This document shows positions 51,830 through 62,100 of a DNA stretch of 64,000 nucleotides, piece by piece. The notes below the pieces were generated by a model. The model did not search any database. It was not told where the DNA came from and saw nothing but the letters and a program-made list of their open reading frames with translations. The translations under genes were made by a program, and so were the position numbers. The DNA is taken from contig JBKHKD010000012.1 of NCBI GenBank assembly GCA_046537785.1, positions 14,596-78,595 of the forward strand, written 5' to 3'. This DNA is from Actinomycetota bacterium. GTDB lineage: Bacteria; Actinomycetota; Acidimicrobiia; Spongiisociales; ZC4RG35. The stretch's first letter is position 1; every line of letters starts with the position of its first letter.

Positions 51830-52359
51830 GTCTCCACCTTCAACTCACGACGCAATTTGGCCATCCCCCGCTCCATGTGGGTCTGGGCAGTTCCCTTGGA
51901 GATCTCCAACAACTCCGCCACCTCGGAGAGCGACCAGTCGTGCCCGTGCACGAGATAGACCACCACTCTCTGCTTCTCGGACAGACCGGCGAGTGCGGCG
52001 GGCAGACCGGGTTCGAACCAGTCTCTGGGGCTATCGGGAACCTCCTGGAACACGACAGAACGACGACCGACGCGCTTCCTACCCCAATTCAATCCGAGCC
52101 GGTAGAGGTAACCCGCCGGATTGTCGAGATCCCCGACCCGATCCCAGTTCTCCCATGCATAGACGAGTGCTTCGGCTGCTGCCTCGCGTCCGACCTCGGA
52201 GCCGAGCGCCGCCGTCAACGACTGTCGGAGGCCGCGTTCGTTGGACGAGACGAACTGGGAGAAGTCTGTAGTCGTTGTCTCGTCCGCCAACCTGGCCTCT
52301 CCGTGGGTGGTGGGAACCGATTCGGCGCTCACGCCCGATAGAGGGTGTGGAGACACCAA
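51826..52359 (-). CDS. ECF (sigma-70 family) RNA polymerase sigma factor
   Basis: Region 2 (…ALVYAWENWDRVGDLDNPAGYLYRLGLNWGRK…) and region 4 HTH (…LSEVAELLEISKGTAQTHMERGMAKLRRE…). Confidence 0.85.
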   Translation of the reverse strand: MVSPHPLSGVSAESVPTTHGEARLADETTTTDFSQFVSSNERGLRQSLTAALGSEVGREAAAEALVYAWENWDRVGDLDNPAGYLYRLGLNWGRKRVGRRSVVFQEVPDSPRDWFEPGLPAALAGLSEKQRVVVYLVHGHDWSLSEVAELLEISKGTAQTHMERGMAKLRRELKVET

Positions 52360-52392
52360 TCGTAAGACAGGCTCTCCAATGGATGTCGCGGT

Positions 52393-55300
52393 CTAGGACG
52401 CCTCCAGGCGATCGATCCAGGCCGAGAGCCCCAACGCCCCGGCGGATTGGGCGAGTCCTCGCGCGTGGTCGGCGAACCGGGAACGATCCGGCCCATTCGG
52501 GAGCAGAGCAGCCCCGGCTGCCGCGCTGACGAGTTCGGCGACTTTCTCCCCCTTGGCCGCGGTACGCACGATGATGGAGTCGAGCATTTCCACGCCTTCG
52601 CTAGCCTCTCCGGCCGCCAGATGGCTCCCCGCTACGACTCTGTTGCGAAGGAGGTCGGTCAGTGGGTTCTTGGGCAACGACTCGATATACCCGAGCGTCT
52701 CGGACATGAGTTCCTCGTTCCCTGAGAAGATCGCACCGTCTGCCATTCCCGAGAGGGCGATAGTCGGAGCAAAAGGCGTCTCCTCGAAGTGTCTCTTGTA
52801 GGTTTCGAAACAGAATCGGGCATCGCCCTCAGCCAGAGCAATCCAGGCCTGGTTGCGTTCGAATTCGAGATGGCCCTGCACATCGGAAACGACATCGAGA
52901 AGACGCTCTGCCTCGGACAGCAATTTCCGCGCTTCGTCCTCCCGTCCCATCCAATGCAGCAGACCAGCTCGGGCTGACATGGAGGTGAGGCGCTCGGCAT
53001 CGGTCGCCAGCAAGGTCTCATCTAGAATCTGTAGCGCTTCGTCCAGGCGCAGAACCCACTTGTAAACACTCTGCAAATTGCTGGCCAAATAGGTGGCGTG
53101 GTTGCGATCCCCGATCCTCCGAGCTTCTTCATAGCCTCGCTCGGTGGCGGCGATCGTCTCATCGAGATCCGGAGAGGCATAACCCAGGTTGACCAGACCA
53201 CGAAGCATCTCGTCCATCAGGCCGTGCTCCTCGCTGATCTCGATACCGCCCTTGATCAAAGCGACCCCCTGGTGAGGTCTCACGGAGGAAAGAACGGTTC
53301 CGAGTGTGATCATGGTGCTGGCCAGCACATCCGTCAGCCCGTGCAGCTCGGCGGCGCCAAGCGCCCCGTCAACAAGGGCGATCGACTCATCGCTGTCATC
53401 GCCGCTCAACAGACGGGCACGACCCAGGTTGGCGGCGGCCCGGGTGAGATTCGGGTCGGAGTCCAGGTCTGGATGGGCCTCTATGTGAGGAGTGATCACG
53501 TCGAGGACCATCGCCGCCTGACGGAACCCGTTGTAGACGTCCCCAAACAGGGCCATGTAGAGATGAACGAGACCCAGGTCCTCCGACTCCTCGGTCAGCT
53601 TCCGGAGGGCCTCGACGTGACGCTCGGCAGCCGTCTTGTCACTGATCCGCGTGGCAGCACGAGCGGCTGAGACGTGGAGCTCGGCGGCACGATCCGAGGG
53701 AACGACGTCGAGGGCCATCTCGACGAGGGAGATCACCTGCTCATGTGCGTGCAGGAGTCGTGCCCGTTCCAGGGCTGCGTCCAGCGCCTCGCCCAGCTCG
53801 TGATCGAGGTCGGACGCTTCGCCGGACGCAGCCTCACGAGCAGAGACGTAATGAGAGGCAGTCACGGGCGCCAGCTCGGGATCTTCGAGGTCACGGAAAA
53901 ACCGGGCGGCCCGAAGATGGAGATCATGCCGGTCGGATCTGGCAATCCGCTCATAGGCCACTTCCCTCAGCAGGCTCTGCACCCATTGATACTGGCCTCG
54001 CTCGGGAGAACGTTGATCCCGAACTATTTCGAGAACCTCATGACGAACGAGGCCCGTGAGGCGACGCTCGACTTTGTCGGTGTCCTCGTCGCGCAAGGCT
54101 GCCAGCGACTCGAGCGTGAACGACTGGCCGAGCACCGCCGCATCTCGAACGAGTTCTCTCTCCTCGGCTGGGAGACGGTCCAACCGGGCTGCTATCACGG
54201 CCTGGACGGTGGAGGGAACCTCGAGACGGGTCAGATCCCCCTCGACGGTGACCGTCTCGCCACTCATGACCAGTCGCCCATCATCCAGGAGCATCCTCAA
54301 TGTCTCGACGGCGAACAGCGGTACGCCTCCGGCCGATGCGGATATGGCCTCGACTGCGGGATCCGGTATGCCCGGCACCGCGCCCTTCACCATCTCACCT
54401 ATCTCCTCATCCGTGAGCGGCGGAAGGTAGATCGAGGCGAACCCCCTCCGGCCTGAGCCCCAGTCGGGCCGCCGGTCGAGCAGGTCGGGACGGGTCGCGG
54501 TGATGATCAGGATGGAATGGTTCTGCGACCAGTCGGGCAGGTCCTCGATGAACTCGAGCAGCCCCGGGTCCGCCCATTGCAAGTCCTCGAAAACGAGCAC
54601 GGTGGTGCTCTGTTCGGACATGGACTCGAATAGCGCCCGGGCGGCGGCAAAGAGCTCGGTGCGCTCGCTGCCGATCGACTCCCCGACGCCGAGCAGTGTC
54701 GCCAGTCGTTCCTGGACCCACGCCGCCCGGTCGGTGTCGTCGACGAACCCGGAGACCATTTCATTCAGGCGTGATCTCGTCGTCTCGTCGTCATCGGTCT
54801 CGGTGACACCTGCCCGCTGCCGGATGATCTCGCCAAGAGCCCACAAAGACGGGCCGGTGCCGTAGGAAGGCGAGCGGCCCTGGTGCCAGAACACCACCTC
54901 TGCGATGCCATCGACGTATTTGAGGAACTCCCAAACCAGCCGGCTCTTGCCAATACCACCCTGACCGACGAGAGAGACGAGTCGGGACCGCTTTTCCCGT
55001 CCGGTCGCGTGAAGAGCGTCTTTGAGGAGACGGAGCTCGGGAGCACGGCCGACGAACGGTGGCTCTAGCACGTCCACCTTGCCGGCACCGCCCCGCTCTG
55101 CAAGGACGCGGGTGGCGCGAAACGCCTCTATGGGTTCGTCCTTGCCTTTAACCGAATGTGATCCCACCGGAACGACCTCGATGGCAGTGCGGACGAGCGT
55201 TGCCGTCGTCTCGCCGATGTAGACCGTGCCCGGCTCGGCAACGGACTGGAGCCGTGACGTGGCATTGACCATGTCACCAAGGAGAAGGCCCTTCTCGTTG

Positions 55301-55827
55301 CCCCCCGGGCCCACCGCGGCCTGCCCGGTCATCACCCCAGCCCGGGCCCTGAGGTCCTCGATGCCGTGCTTCTCTCCCAGCACCGCGACCCGATCAACGA
55401 TCTCCAAAGCGGTACGCACGGCTCGCTCGGCATCGTCTTCGTTGGAGGTCTCCGCTCCCCACCACGCCATGACCGCGTCACCGATGTACTTGTCGACGGT
55501 GCCCCCGAATTGGTCCACGATCTCCTTGGCGACGTCGAAATACTCAGTGATCAGGCCTCTGACGTCCTCGGAGTCGCGACTCTCGGAAAGGGACGTGAAT
55601 CCCACCAGATCCACGAACAGCACGGACACGACCCGTCGCTCCACCGTCGTCCTCGCGGCTGCCGCGTCCGCCGTGCCGGCGAGACCCGTGCCGCAGGAGC
55701 CGCAAAACCGGTGACCGGGCGGATTCTCCGCACTGCAGTTCGGACAGGTCTTCGTCAGAGAGTCTCCACAGTTCCCGCAGAACCGCTGGCCCTCCTCGGC
55801 GGCGGAGCCGCAGTTGGCGCAAGTCAC
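52393..55827 (-). CDS. STAND-type signalling protein: N-terminal double zinc ribbon, class III adenylyl/guanylyl cyclase domain, AAA/NB-ARC ATPase, TPR repeats
   Basis: …CANCGSAAEEGQRFCGNCG…CPNCSAENPPGHRFCGSCG… ribbons. Cyclase core …VSVLFVDLVGFTSLSE…YIGDAVMAWWG… Walker A …LVGQGGIGKSRLV… Long TPR-like tail and no C-terminal HTH. Start set at the GTG at 55827. The track ORF start at 55950 is antisense to the argF' leader. Confidence 0.82.
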   Translation of the reverse strand: MTCANCGSAAEEGQRFCGNCGDSLTKTCPNCSAENPPGHRFCGSCGTGLAGTADAAAARTTVERRVVSVLFVDLVGFTSLSESRDSEDVRGLITEYFDVAKEIVDQFGGTVDKYIGDAVMAWWGAETSNEDDAERAVRTALEIVDRVAVLGEKHGIEDLRARAGVMTGQAAVGPGGNEKGLLLGDMVNATSRLQSVAEPGTVYIGETTATLVRTAIEVVPVGSHSVKGKDEPIEAFRATRVLAERGGAGKVDVLEPPFVGRAPELRLLKDALHATGREKRSRLVSLVGQGGIGKSRLVWEFLKYVDGIAEVVFWHQGRSPSYGTGPSLWALGEIIRQRAGVTETDDDETTRSRLNEMVSGFVDDTDRAAWVQERLATLLGVGESIGSERTELFAAARALFESMSEQSTTVLVFEDLQWADPGLLEFIEDLPDWSQNHSILIITATRPDLLDRRPDWGSGRRGFASIYLPPLTDEEIGEMVKGAVPGIPDPAVEAISASAGGVPLFAVETLRMLLDDGRLVMSGETVTVEGDLTRLEVPSTVQAVIAARLDRLPAEERELVRDAAVLGQSFTLESLAALRDEDTDKVERRLTGLVRHEVLEIVRDQRSPERGQYQWVQSLLREVAYERIARSDRHDLHLRAARFFRDLEDPELAPVTASHYVSAREAASGEASDLDHELGEALDAALERARLLHAHEQVISLVEMALDVVPSDRAAELHVSAARAATRISDKTAAERHVEALRKLTEESEDLGLVHLYMALFGDVYNGFRQAAMVLDVITPHIEAHPDLDSDPNLTRAAANLGRARLLSGDDSDESIALVDGALGAAELHGLTDVLASTMITLGTVLSSVRPHQGVALIKGGIEISEEHGLMDEMLRGLVNLGYASPDLDETIAATERGYEEARRIGDRNHATYLASNLQSVYKWVLRLDEALQILDETLLATDAERLTSMSARAGLLHWMGREDEARKLLSEAERLLDVVSDVQGHLEFERNQAWIALAEGDARFCFETYKRHFEETPFAPTIALSGMADGAIFSGNEELMSETLGYIESLPKNPLTDLLRNRVVAGSHLAAGEASEGVEMLDSIIVRTAAKGEKVAELVSAAAGAALLPNGPDRSRFADHARGLAQSAGALGLSAWIDRLEAS

Positions 55828-55981
55828 ATCAGGTCCCACCGGCGGACAGGCTAGCCGGGGACACCTGCCGGGAGTTGCCCCGCAGGCGGCAACTTGACCG
55901 ATCACACACGGGCACACGACACTTATAGCGATCAGACACTTCCTCAACACCTACGACTGGTCACAGCCTGAACTGCAAACG

Positions 55982-56932
55982 ATGCTCGACGACGCGCGGG
56001 CTTTCAGAGAGTCCCCATTGAGCACTGACTTCGAGGGAAAGACCGTCGCCCTTCTCTTCCTCAACAATTCGCTGCGCACCCGAACGTCATTCGAGGTCGG
56101 CACCTACCACCTGGGCGGCCACGCCGTGGTCCTCAGCCCGTCTGGCGGCATGTGGCCGTTGGAATTCGAGAAGGGCGCGGTGATGAGCGGTGACGCCGAG
56201 GAGCACGTTCAGGAGGCCGCCAAGGTCCTCTCCCGCTACTGCGACCTGATCGGGATCAGGGCGTTCCCCAAGTTCGACAACTGGCAGGAAGACCGCGAGG
56301 ACCGCATCCTCAACGCTCTCGCCGAGCATGCCGAAGTGCCCGTGGTCAACATGGAGACCATCACCCACCCCTGCCAGGAGATGGCGCTGGCCATGGCGCT
56401 CCAGGACCATCTCGATGAACTGGACGGCAAGAAGTTCCTGCTCACCTGGAGCTACCACCCCAAGCCCCTCAACTCGGCGGTCGCCAACTCCGCTCTGGTC
56501 ATGGCGGCCAAGTTCGGCATGGACGTCACCCTCCTCTGTCCCAACGAGGAATACCTGCTCGACCAGCGCTACCTCGACATAGCCGAGTCGGACACGTCAG
56601 CCAACGGCCGGGTACTCAAGGTCACCCACGAGATCGACGAGGCCTACCGCGATGCGGACATCGTCTACGCCAAGAGTTGGGGCGCCCTCCCCTTCTTCGG
56701 TCGTTGGGAGGAGGAGGAGCCGATCCGCGACCAGTACAAGCACTTCATCGTGGACGAGGACAAGATGGAGAGGACCAACGGCGCCATCGTCAGCCACTGC
56801 CTCCCCATGCGCCGAAATGTCATCATGACCGACGGCGTCTTCGACGGACCCAACTGCATCGCCTACGAGGAGGCGGAGAACCGTCTCCACGTGCAGAAGG
56901 CGATTATGAAGCGTCTCGTCACGGGGTTCTGA
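55982..56932 (+). CDS. argF': N-acetylornithine (or N-succinylornithine) carbamoyltransferase, Xanthomonas ArgF'-type. The true start is probably upstream, near 55925.
   Basis: …LLFLNNSLRTRTSFEVGTYHLGGHAVVLSP…RAFPKF…NMETITHPCQE…AKSWGALPFFG…HCLP… It lacks the OTC DxWxSMG motif and is near-colinear with the X. campestris AOTCase as recalled. The in-frame 5' extension encodes …IAIRHFLNTYDWSQPELQT, which is the conserved AOTCase N-terminus, with no ATG/GTG/TTG. Confidence 0.78.
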   Translation: MLDDARAFRESPLSTDFEGKTVALLFLNNSLRTRTSFEVGTYHLGGHAVVLSPSGGMWPLEFEKGAVMSGDAEEHVQEAAKVLSRYCDLIGIRAFPKFDNWQEDREDRILNALAEHAEVPVVNMETITHPCQEMALAMALQDHLDELDGKKFLLTWSYHPKPLNSAVANSALVMAAKFGMDVTLLCPNEEYLLDQRYLDIAESDTSANGRVLKVTHEIDEAYRDADIVYAKSWGALPFFGRWEEEEPIRDQYKHFIVDEDKMERTNGAIVSHCLPMRRNVIMTDGVFDGPNCIAYEEAENRLHVQKAIMKRLVTGF

Positions 56933-58266
56933 TGATGACGCCCCGCAAGGACACTCACCAGACGATCGTCCAGCTGCTGTCGAACGTCAGCGACGGCAAG
57001 GAGATCCACTTCTATTTGCAGCGGTTCTCCGAGCTCGACCAGTCGCGCTTCGCGGTCATCAAGATCGGCGGAGCCATCCTGCGGGATCGGCTCGAAGAGA
57101 CCGCCGCTTCCCTTGCCCTGCTCCACACCGTCGGCCTGACCCCGATCGTCATCCACGGGGGCGGTCCCCAACTCGACGAGAAGCTGGAAGGTGAAGGTGT
57201 CCCCAGCGAGAAGGTCGACGGGCTGCGGGTCACCACTCCCGAGGTGCTCGACGCCGCCCGGGAGGTCTTCACCGAGCAGAACATCAGGCTGGTGGAGGCG
57301 ATCAGGGTCCAGGGTGTCGACGCCCATGGCCTCACTCAGGGAGTGTTCGACGCCGAGTTCGTCGACTCCGGGCGGTACGGGCTGGTGGGCGAGCCGACGT
57401 CGATCCACCTCGATCTGCTGCGCTCGATCGTGAATTCGGGTGCCATACCGATCCTCACCTGCCTGGGAGTCGCTCCCGGGGGGCAGATGGTGAACATCAA
57501 CGCCGACGCCGCCACCCGGATCCTCGTCCACGAGGTGCAGCCGATGAAGATCATCTTTCTGGTCGACTCGGGCGGCCTCCTCGACGAGAACGGTGACGTC
57601 ATCGACTCGATCAACCTGGCCACCGATTTCGACCGGCTCATGGCCGAAGAGTGGGTGCACTCGGGAATGAGGCTCAAGCTGGCCGAGATCAAGCGCCTCC
57701 TCGATGACGCCCCTCCGACCACCTCTGTGTCGATCACCACACCGACGGCACTGGCACGGGAGCTGTTCACCCACAGCGGCGACGGCACCCTGGTCAGGAA
57801 GGGTGAGCGAATCGGGCGCTACACGCATAAGAACGAAGTCGATGTCGACCGCCTGACGAATCTCATACAAGGCGCCTTCGCCCAGAAGCTCCTGGCGGAC
57901 TGGTGGGAAGGAGTCGACCTGCTCACCGCCTACATCTCCGAGAGCTATCGGGCGGCCGCGATCGTGGCCAAGTTGGACGAGTTCGTCTATCTCGACAAGT
58001 TCGCCATCGACGAGACGGCGCGCGGTGAAGGGTTGGCCCGCACTGTGTGGGACCACATGATCTCCGAGTATCCGAACCTGGTATGGCGGTCGCGCTCGGA
58101 CAACCCGTTCAACGCCTTCTACGAAAAGGAGTCCGACGGCCAGATGACCACCGGCATGTGGACGATTTTCTGGAAGGGTGTCAACGACTTCGACGTTCTA
58201 GGACGTGCAGTGAAGTTGCTATCCGACATGGACCCCTCGTTCGAGAAGGAGCCGGCCGATGCCTGA
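56932..58266 (+). CDS. argB: Bifunctional N-acetylglutamate synthase/kinase (AAK domain plus C-terminal GNAT-like domain)
   Basis: N-terminal acetylglutamate kinase fold (…FAVIKIGGAIL…IVIHGGGPQL…NINAD…), with a C-terminal ~150-aa NAT domain as in the Xanthomonas-type NAGS/K. ATG overlaps the argF' stop. Confidence 0.78.
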   Translation: MMTPRKDTHQTIVQLLSNVSDGKEIHFYLQRFSELDQSRFAVIKIGGAILRDRLEETAASLALLHTVGLTPIVIHGGGPQLDEKLEGEGVPSEKVDGLRVTTPEVLDAAREVFTEQNIRLVEAIRVQGVDAHGLTQGVFDAEFVDSGRYGLVGEPTSIHLDLLRSIVNSGAIPILTCLGVAPGGQMVNINADAATRILVHEVQPMKIIFLVDSGGLLDENGDVIDSINLATDFDRLMAEEWVHSGMRLKLAEIKRLLDDAPPTTSVSITTPTALARELFTHSGDGTLVRKGERIGRYTHKNEVDVDRLTNLIQGAFAQKLLADWWEGVDLLTAYISESYRAAAIVAKLDEFVYLDKFAIDETARGEGLARTVWDHMISEYPNLVWRSRSDNPFNAFYEKESDGQMTTGMWTIFWKGVNDFDVLGRAVKLLSDMDPSFEKEPADA

Positions 58267-59182
58267 GCGCTTCCAGGTGGGCGTCATCGGGGCCCGGGGA
58301 CACACCGGAGCCGAGTTGATGAGGACCCTCAACGATCACCCTTACGTGAAAGTGGATTTCGCCGGCTCACGTGAGCTGGAGGGCCAGCCGGTACCCGCCA
58401 TCGAGGGGCTCAGCTATGAATCACTCGGCCCGGAAGGAGTTGCCGCCCGCGAGCTCGATGCCATCTTTCTTGCCCTGCCCGACGGGGTCGGCGGTCCATG
58501 GGCCAGGGCGATGAGCCCGGACACGGTCATCGTGGACATTTCAGCGGATCACCGCTTCGACGACACCTGGGTGTACGGGCTTCCCGAGCTGAACCGTGAC
58601 AAGATCGCCGGCGCCCGCCGCATCGCCAACCCCGGTTGCTATGCCACCGCCTTGCAGCTCGCCATCGCCCCCTTCGTCGACGATCTCGACGGAAACCCCA
58701 CTGTGTTCGGGGTGTCCGGATACTCCGGAGCCGGAACCACCCCTTCCCCCCGCAACGATCCGGAGAATCTCCGGGACAACCTGATCCCCTACGGGCTGAC
58801 GGGGCACAACCACGAACGGGAAGGCGCCCGGCATCTCGGTCACACCATCAGATTCATGCCCCACGTCCACCCCGCCTTCCGGGGCCTGCTGGTGACGGCG
58901 CACATGCCATTGGCCAAGGTCATCACGGTCGACGATGCCCTTGAGAAGCTGACAGCAGCGTATGGCAAGGAGCCACTGGTCGACGTCCAGGACGAGATCC
59001 CCACCCTGCGAGACGGGACCGGGCGCACCGGAGTACTGATAGGAGGCACCACCGTGAGCGAGGACGGGCTCGGGCTCACGGTGGTCGCCGCCGAGGACAA
59101 CCTCCTCAAGGGAGCAGCGGTCCAGGCGGTGCAGAATCTCAACCTGGCACTCGGGATTCCGGAGGTATCCGGGCTCCTCTGA
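58259..59182 (+). CDS. argC: N-acetyl-gamma-glutamyl-phosphate reductase
   Basis: …VGVIGARGHTGAEL… Rossmann and catalytic …NPGCYAT…; 307 aa. Confidence 0.9.
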   Translation: MPERFQVGVIGARGHTGAELMRTLNDHPYVKVDFAGSRELEGQPVPAIEGLSYESLGPEGVAARELDAIFLALPDGVGGPWARAMSPDTVIVDISADHRFDDTWVYGLPELNRDKIAGARRIANPGCYATALQLAIAPFVDDLDGNPTVFGVSGYSGAGTTPSPRNDPENLRDNLIPYGLTGHNHEREGARHLGHTIRFMPHVHPAFRGLLVTAHMPLAKVITVDDALEKLTAAYGKEPLVDVQDEIPTLRDGTGRTGVLIGGTTVSEDGLGLTVVAAEDNLLKGAAVQAVQNLNLALGIPEVSGLL

Positions 59183-59194
59183 CCGGTACCCGTC

Positions 59195-62100
59195 TCAGCC
59201 GACCTTTGGGTCGGGCATGGGCGGCGGGCCGGCGGCAGGCTCCTGCTCCAACCGGGCCAACGCCTCTTCCATCGCCCGGTCGAGTTGGGGATCGCGGTCG
59301 GCGAAGTAGTCGGCGGGGCTGTGGATCACCTCGATGTCGGGATCAACCCCGTGGTTCTCGACGCCCCATTCCTTGTCCTTCAGCCAGAATGCGTAGCGAG
59401 GCTGGGTGACAATCGTGCCGTCGACGAGTTTGAAGCGCTGGTCGATGCCGACGACGCCTCCCCAGGTACGCACGCCCACGACCGGGCCCAAACCCATGGC
59501 CTGACTGGCGGCGTTGATGATGTCGCCGTCGGATCCGGAGTACTCATTGGCCACGAGCACGACGGGCCCGCGCGGAGCCGCGTCTGGATAGCCGCTCGCT
59601 TCCTCATAGTGACGTCCGGTAATCCAGCCGACAACACGTCTGATGAGCCTGGCGAGGACCAGCTGACTGGTGTGACCCCCACGGTTGTAACGAACGTCCA
59701 CGACCAGCCCCTCACGACGGCTGGCATGACGCAGATCGCGATGCAGCTGCGCCCATCCGGTGCTCATCATGTCAGGGACATGGACGTAGCCGAGTCGTCC
59801 GCCGGAGTGCTCCAGCACGTAGTCCCGGCGGGATCTGACCCAGTCCTGATAGCGCAACATCTCCTCGTCACCCAGAGGAACGACTACGACACGCCGATCT
59901 TCGTCATCCCGACGCAACGTAAGCTCCACTGGCTTGTCGGCTGCTCCCACCAGACCGGTTGCCGGACCGAAGACGGGATCCACAGGGGCACCATCGACCG
60001 CCACGATGACATCGCCCTCGCGGGCATCAACTCCGGCTCCCCGTAGGGGTGAGCGGGCCGCGGGGTCGCTCGACTCGGCAGGAAGTATCCGATCGATCCG
60101 CCACCCCCCGTCGGTTGGAGAGAGGTCCGCACCCAACAAGCCGAGCTTGCGATTGCGGTCACCGGGCTCGCCGGCGGGTATCACATAGGCGTGCGACGTA
60201 TTGAGTTCGCCCATGGTCTCCCACAGGAGATCGACCAGGTCGTCATGGCTCGTCAGTGTCCCCACCAGCGGTCGCCACCGCTCCACGACGGCATCCCAGT
60301 CGACGCCGTCCATGTCCTCGCGCCAGAAGTGGTCGCGCATGAGGCGGGTGTTCTCGTTGAACATCTGCTCCCATTCCGCGCGCGGCTCGACCTCAAAGCG
60401 AAGCCGTGACAGGTCGACCTTCACTACCGCGGGGTCATCTTCCTTCTCCGGCTTCCGGTCGGCCGGAGTCGCGGTGAGCGTGTCTTTGTGTTTTACAACC
60501 AGTCGGCGGCCATCACCGGACACCGCATAGTCGTCCACTTTGGGGACGACAGTCTCGACCGTTCTCTTCTGGAAGGACCACAGCTGAACCGTGTCCGGTT
60601 TGGGCTCGCCCTTGACTCCGGCCCGGCGGGTCCCCAGTGCCCCGGTTTCCCCAGCCTCCTCGATCCAGAGCACGCCGGCGGCACCGGTCTCGAGTCTCCG
60701 GTAGTTGGCCGAGCGTACGGGGAACGGGACCGCACGGTCTTCGGCTCCGTCGATATCGAGGTCAGGACTCGGCTGATCCTCCTCTTCTTCCTCGTCGTCT
60801 GGAGAACTGATCTTCCAGCCTTCGGCGCTCGGCCCGAAAGGCGGCGGCTCAATCGCCGCCACGGGGATAAGCCAGGGACGGGTGCTCCCGGCAAACGCCA
60901 GTCCGAACTCATGCTTGTCGTAGTCGGGGTCGAAGGTGCGCTCGGAGAGGAACACGATGTGCTTCCCGTCCCGGGTGAAAACCGGGTCGTGGTCGTGAAA
61001 GGTGCCCGACGTCAGCGGGACCGCAGCGCAGTCGGATCGAGTGTCGAGCACCATGAGCTGGTGCAGCCATGCTCCGAACATCGACGGCTGGGACCAGATC
61101 AGGTATCGCCCGTCGGGCGAGAAGCTCGGGGAGAGCGCCTCACCTTGAGGTGAGTGGGCCACCTCCCGGATTGCGTCTGTTGCGTCGGAGGCGATGTCTA
61201 CCAAGCGGATGCTGCCGTCGTGGGAGATGGTGGCCACCCGTTCCCCTGCCGGGTCGCTGGTCAGGTGAAGGACCCGACCCAACGCTCCGACGGCGAGCCG
61301 TCTCGGCTCCTCCTCACCTCCGATGTGGTGGATCTCGAGACCGTCTTCTCCCTCCGCATCACTCACCAGTGCCGCATAGCCCGTCCTGCCGAGCAGGACG
61401 GGCTCCCTGGCCCGCACCGCCGGGTCGGCGATGAGAGAGCGCGCCGGCCCCTCACGATGGGTCAGCCAGTAGCCGTTGCCCCGCCAGGTGATCAGACTGG
61501 CATCGCCGCCATGATCGGGAACGGGACGGCCCAGATTCTTCTTGGGATCGGCCCGAAACGCACGTGGGGCCGAGCCCGGCACCGTCACCTCCACTTCATG
61601 GGGATCTCCTTCCAGATCGTCCATGAGCATGATCCGGCCCCGGCTGTGCCATACGATGCGTCGACCGTCCGTGGCCGCGTCGCGCACGTATCCCTCGTCG
61701 GGGCCCTGGAAGGTCACCTGGCGCGGCTCGCCGGGATCGTCGGAGAGCACGTCGTCAAAAACCCACAGGTTGGCCTGCTCATTCGCTGTCTCGACGGAGC
61801 CGGGAAGCGATGCGCCACGATCCGAGACAAATGCGAGGCGACCATCGACCCACATGGGATCAACCACAGAAGCCGGCTCGTCGGCCAGGAGCCGCTCCCA
61901 CGAACCATCTCCGGCCCGGTCGAGCCACAATCTCGGGGCGCTTCCTCCCCGGTAGCGCTTCCAGTGCGCCGGTGGTCGCGACCCCGGTGTGGAGAGAGCG
62001 GTAGCGCCTCCCTCGCCAATGGCCAGACCCCAGGCGGGGCCGTATCGCAGACGCTCCACCGAGCCGTCCAGGCCGACGGCCTTGACCACCACGTCGCGCA

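Noticed and set aside
55828-55950. N-terminal 41 codons of the cyclase ORF (MLRKCLIAISVVCPC…)
   Set aside because: This stretch is antisense to the conserved argF' leader and is Cys/Pro-rich nonsense. The zinc-ribbon domain begins right after the GTG at 55827, which is a more plausible start.
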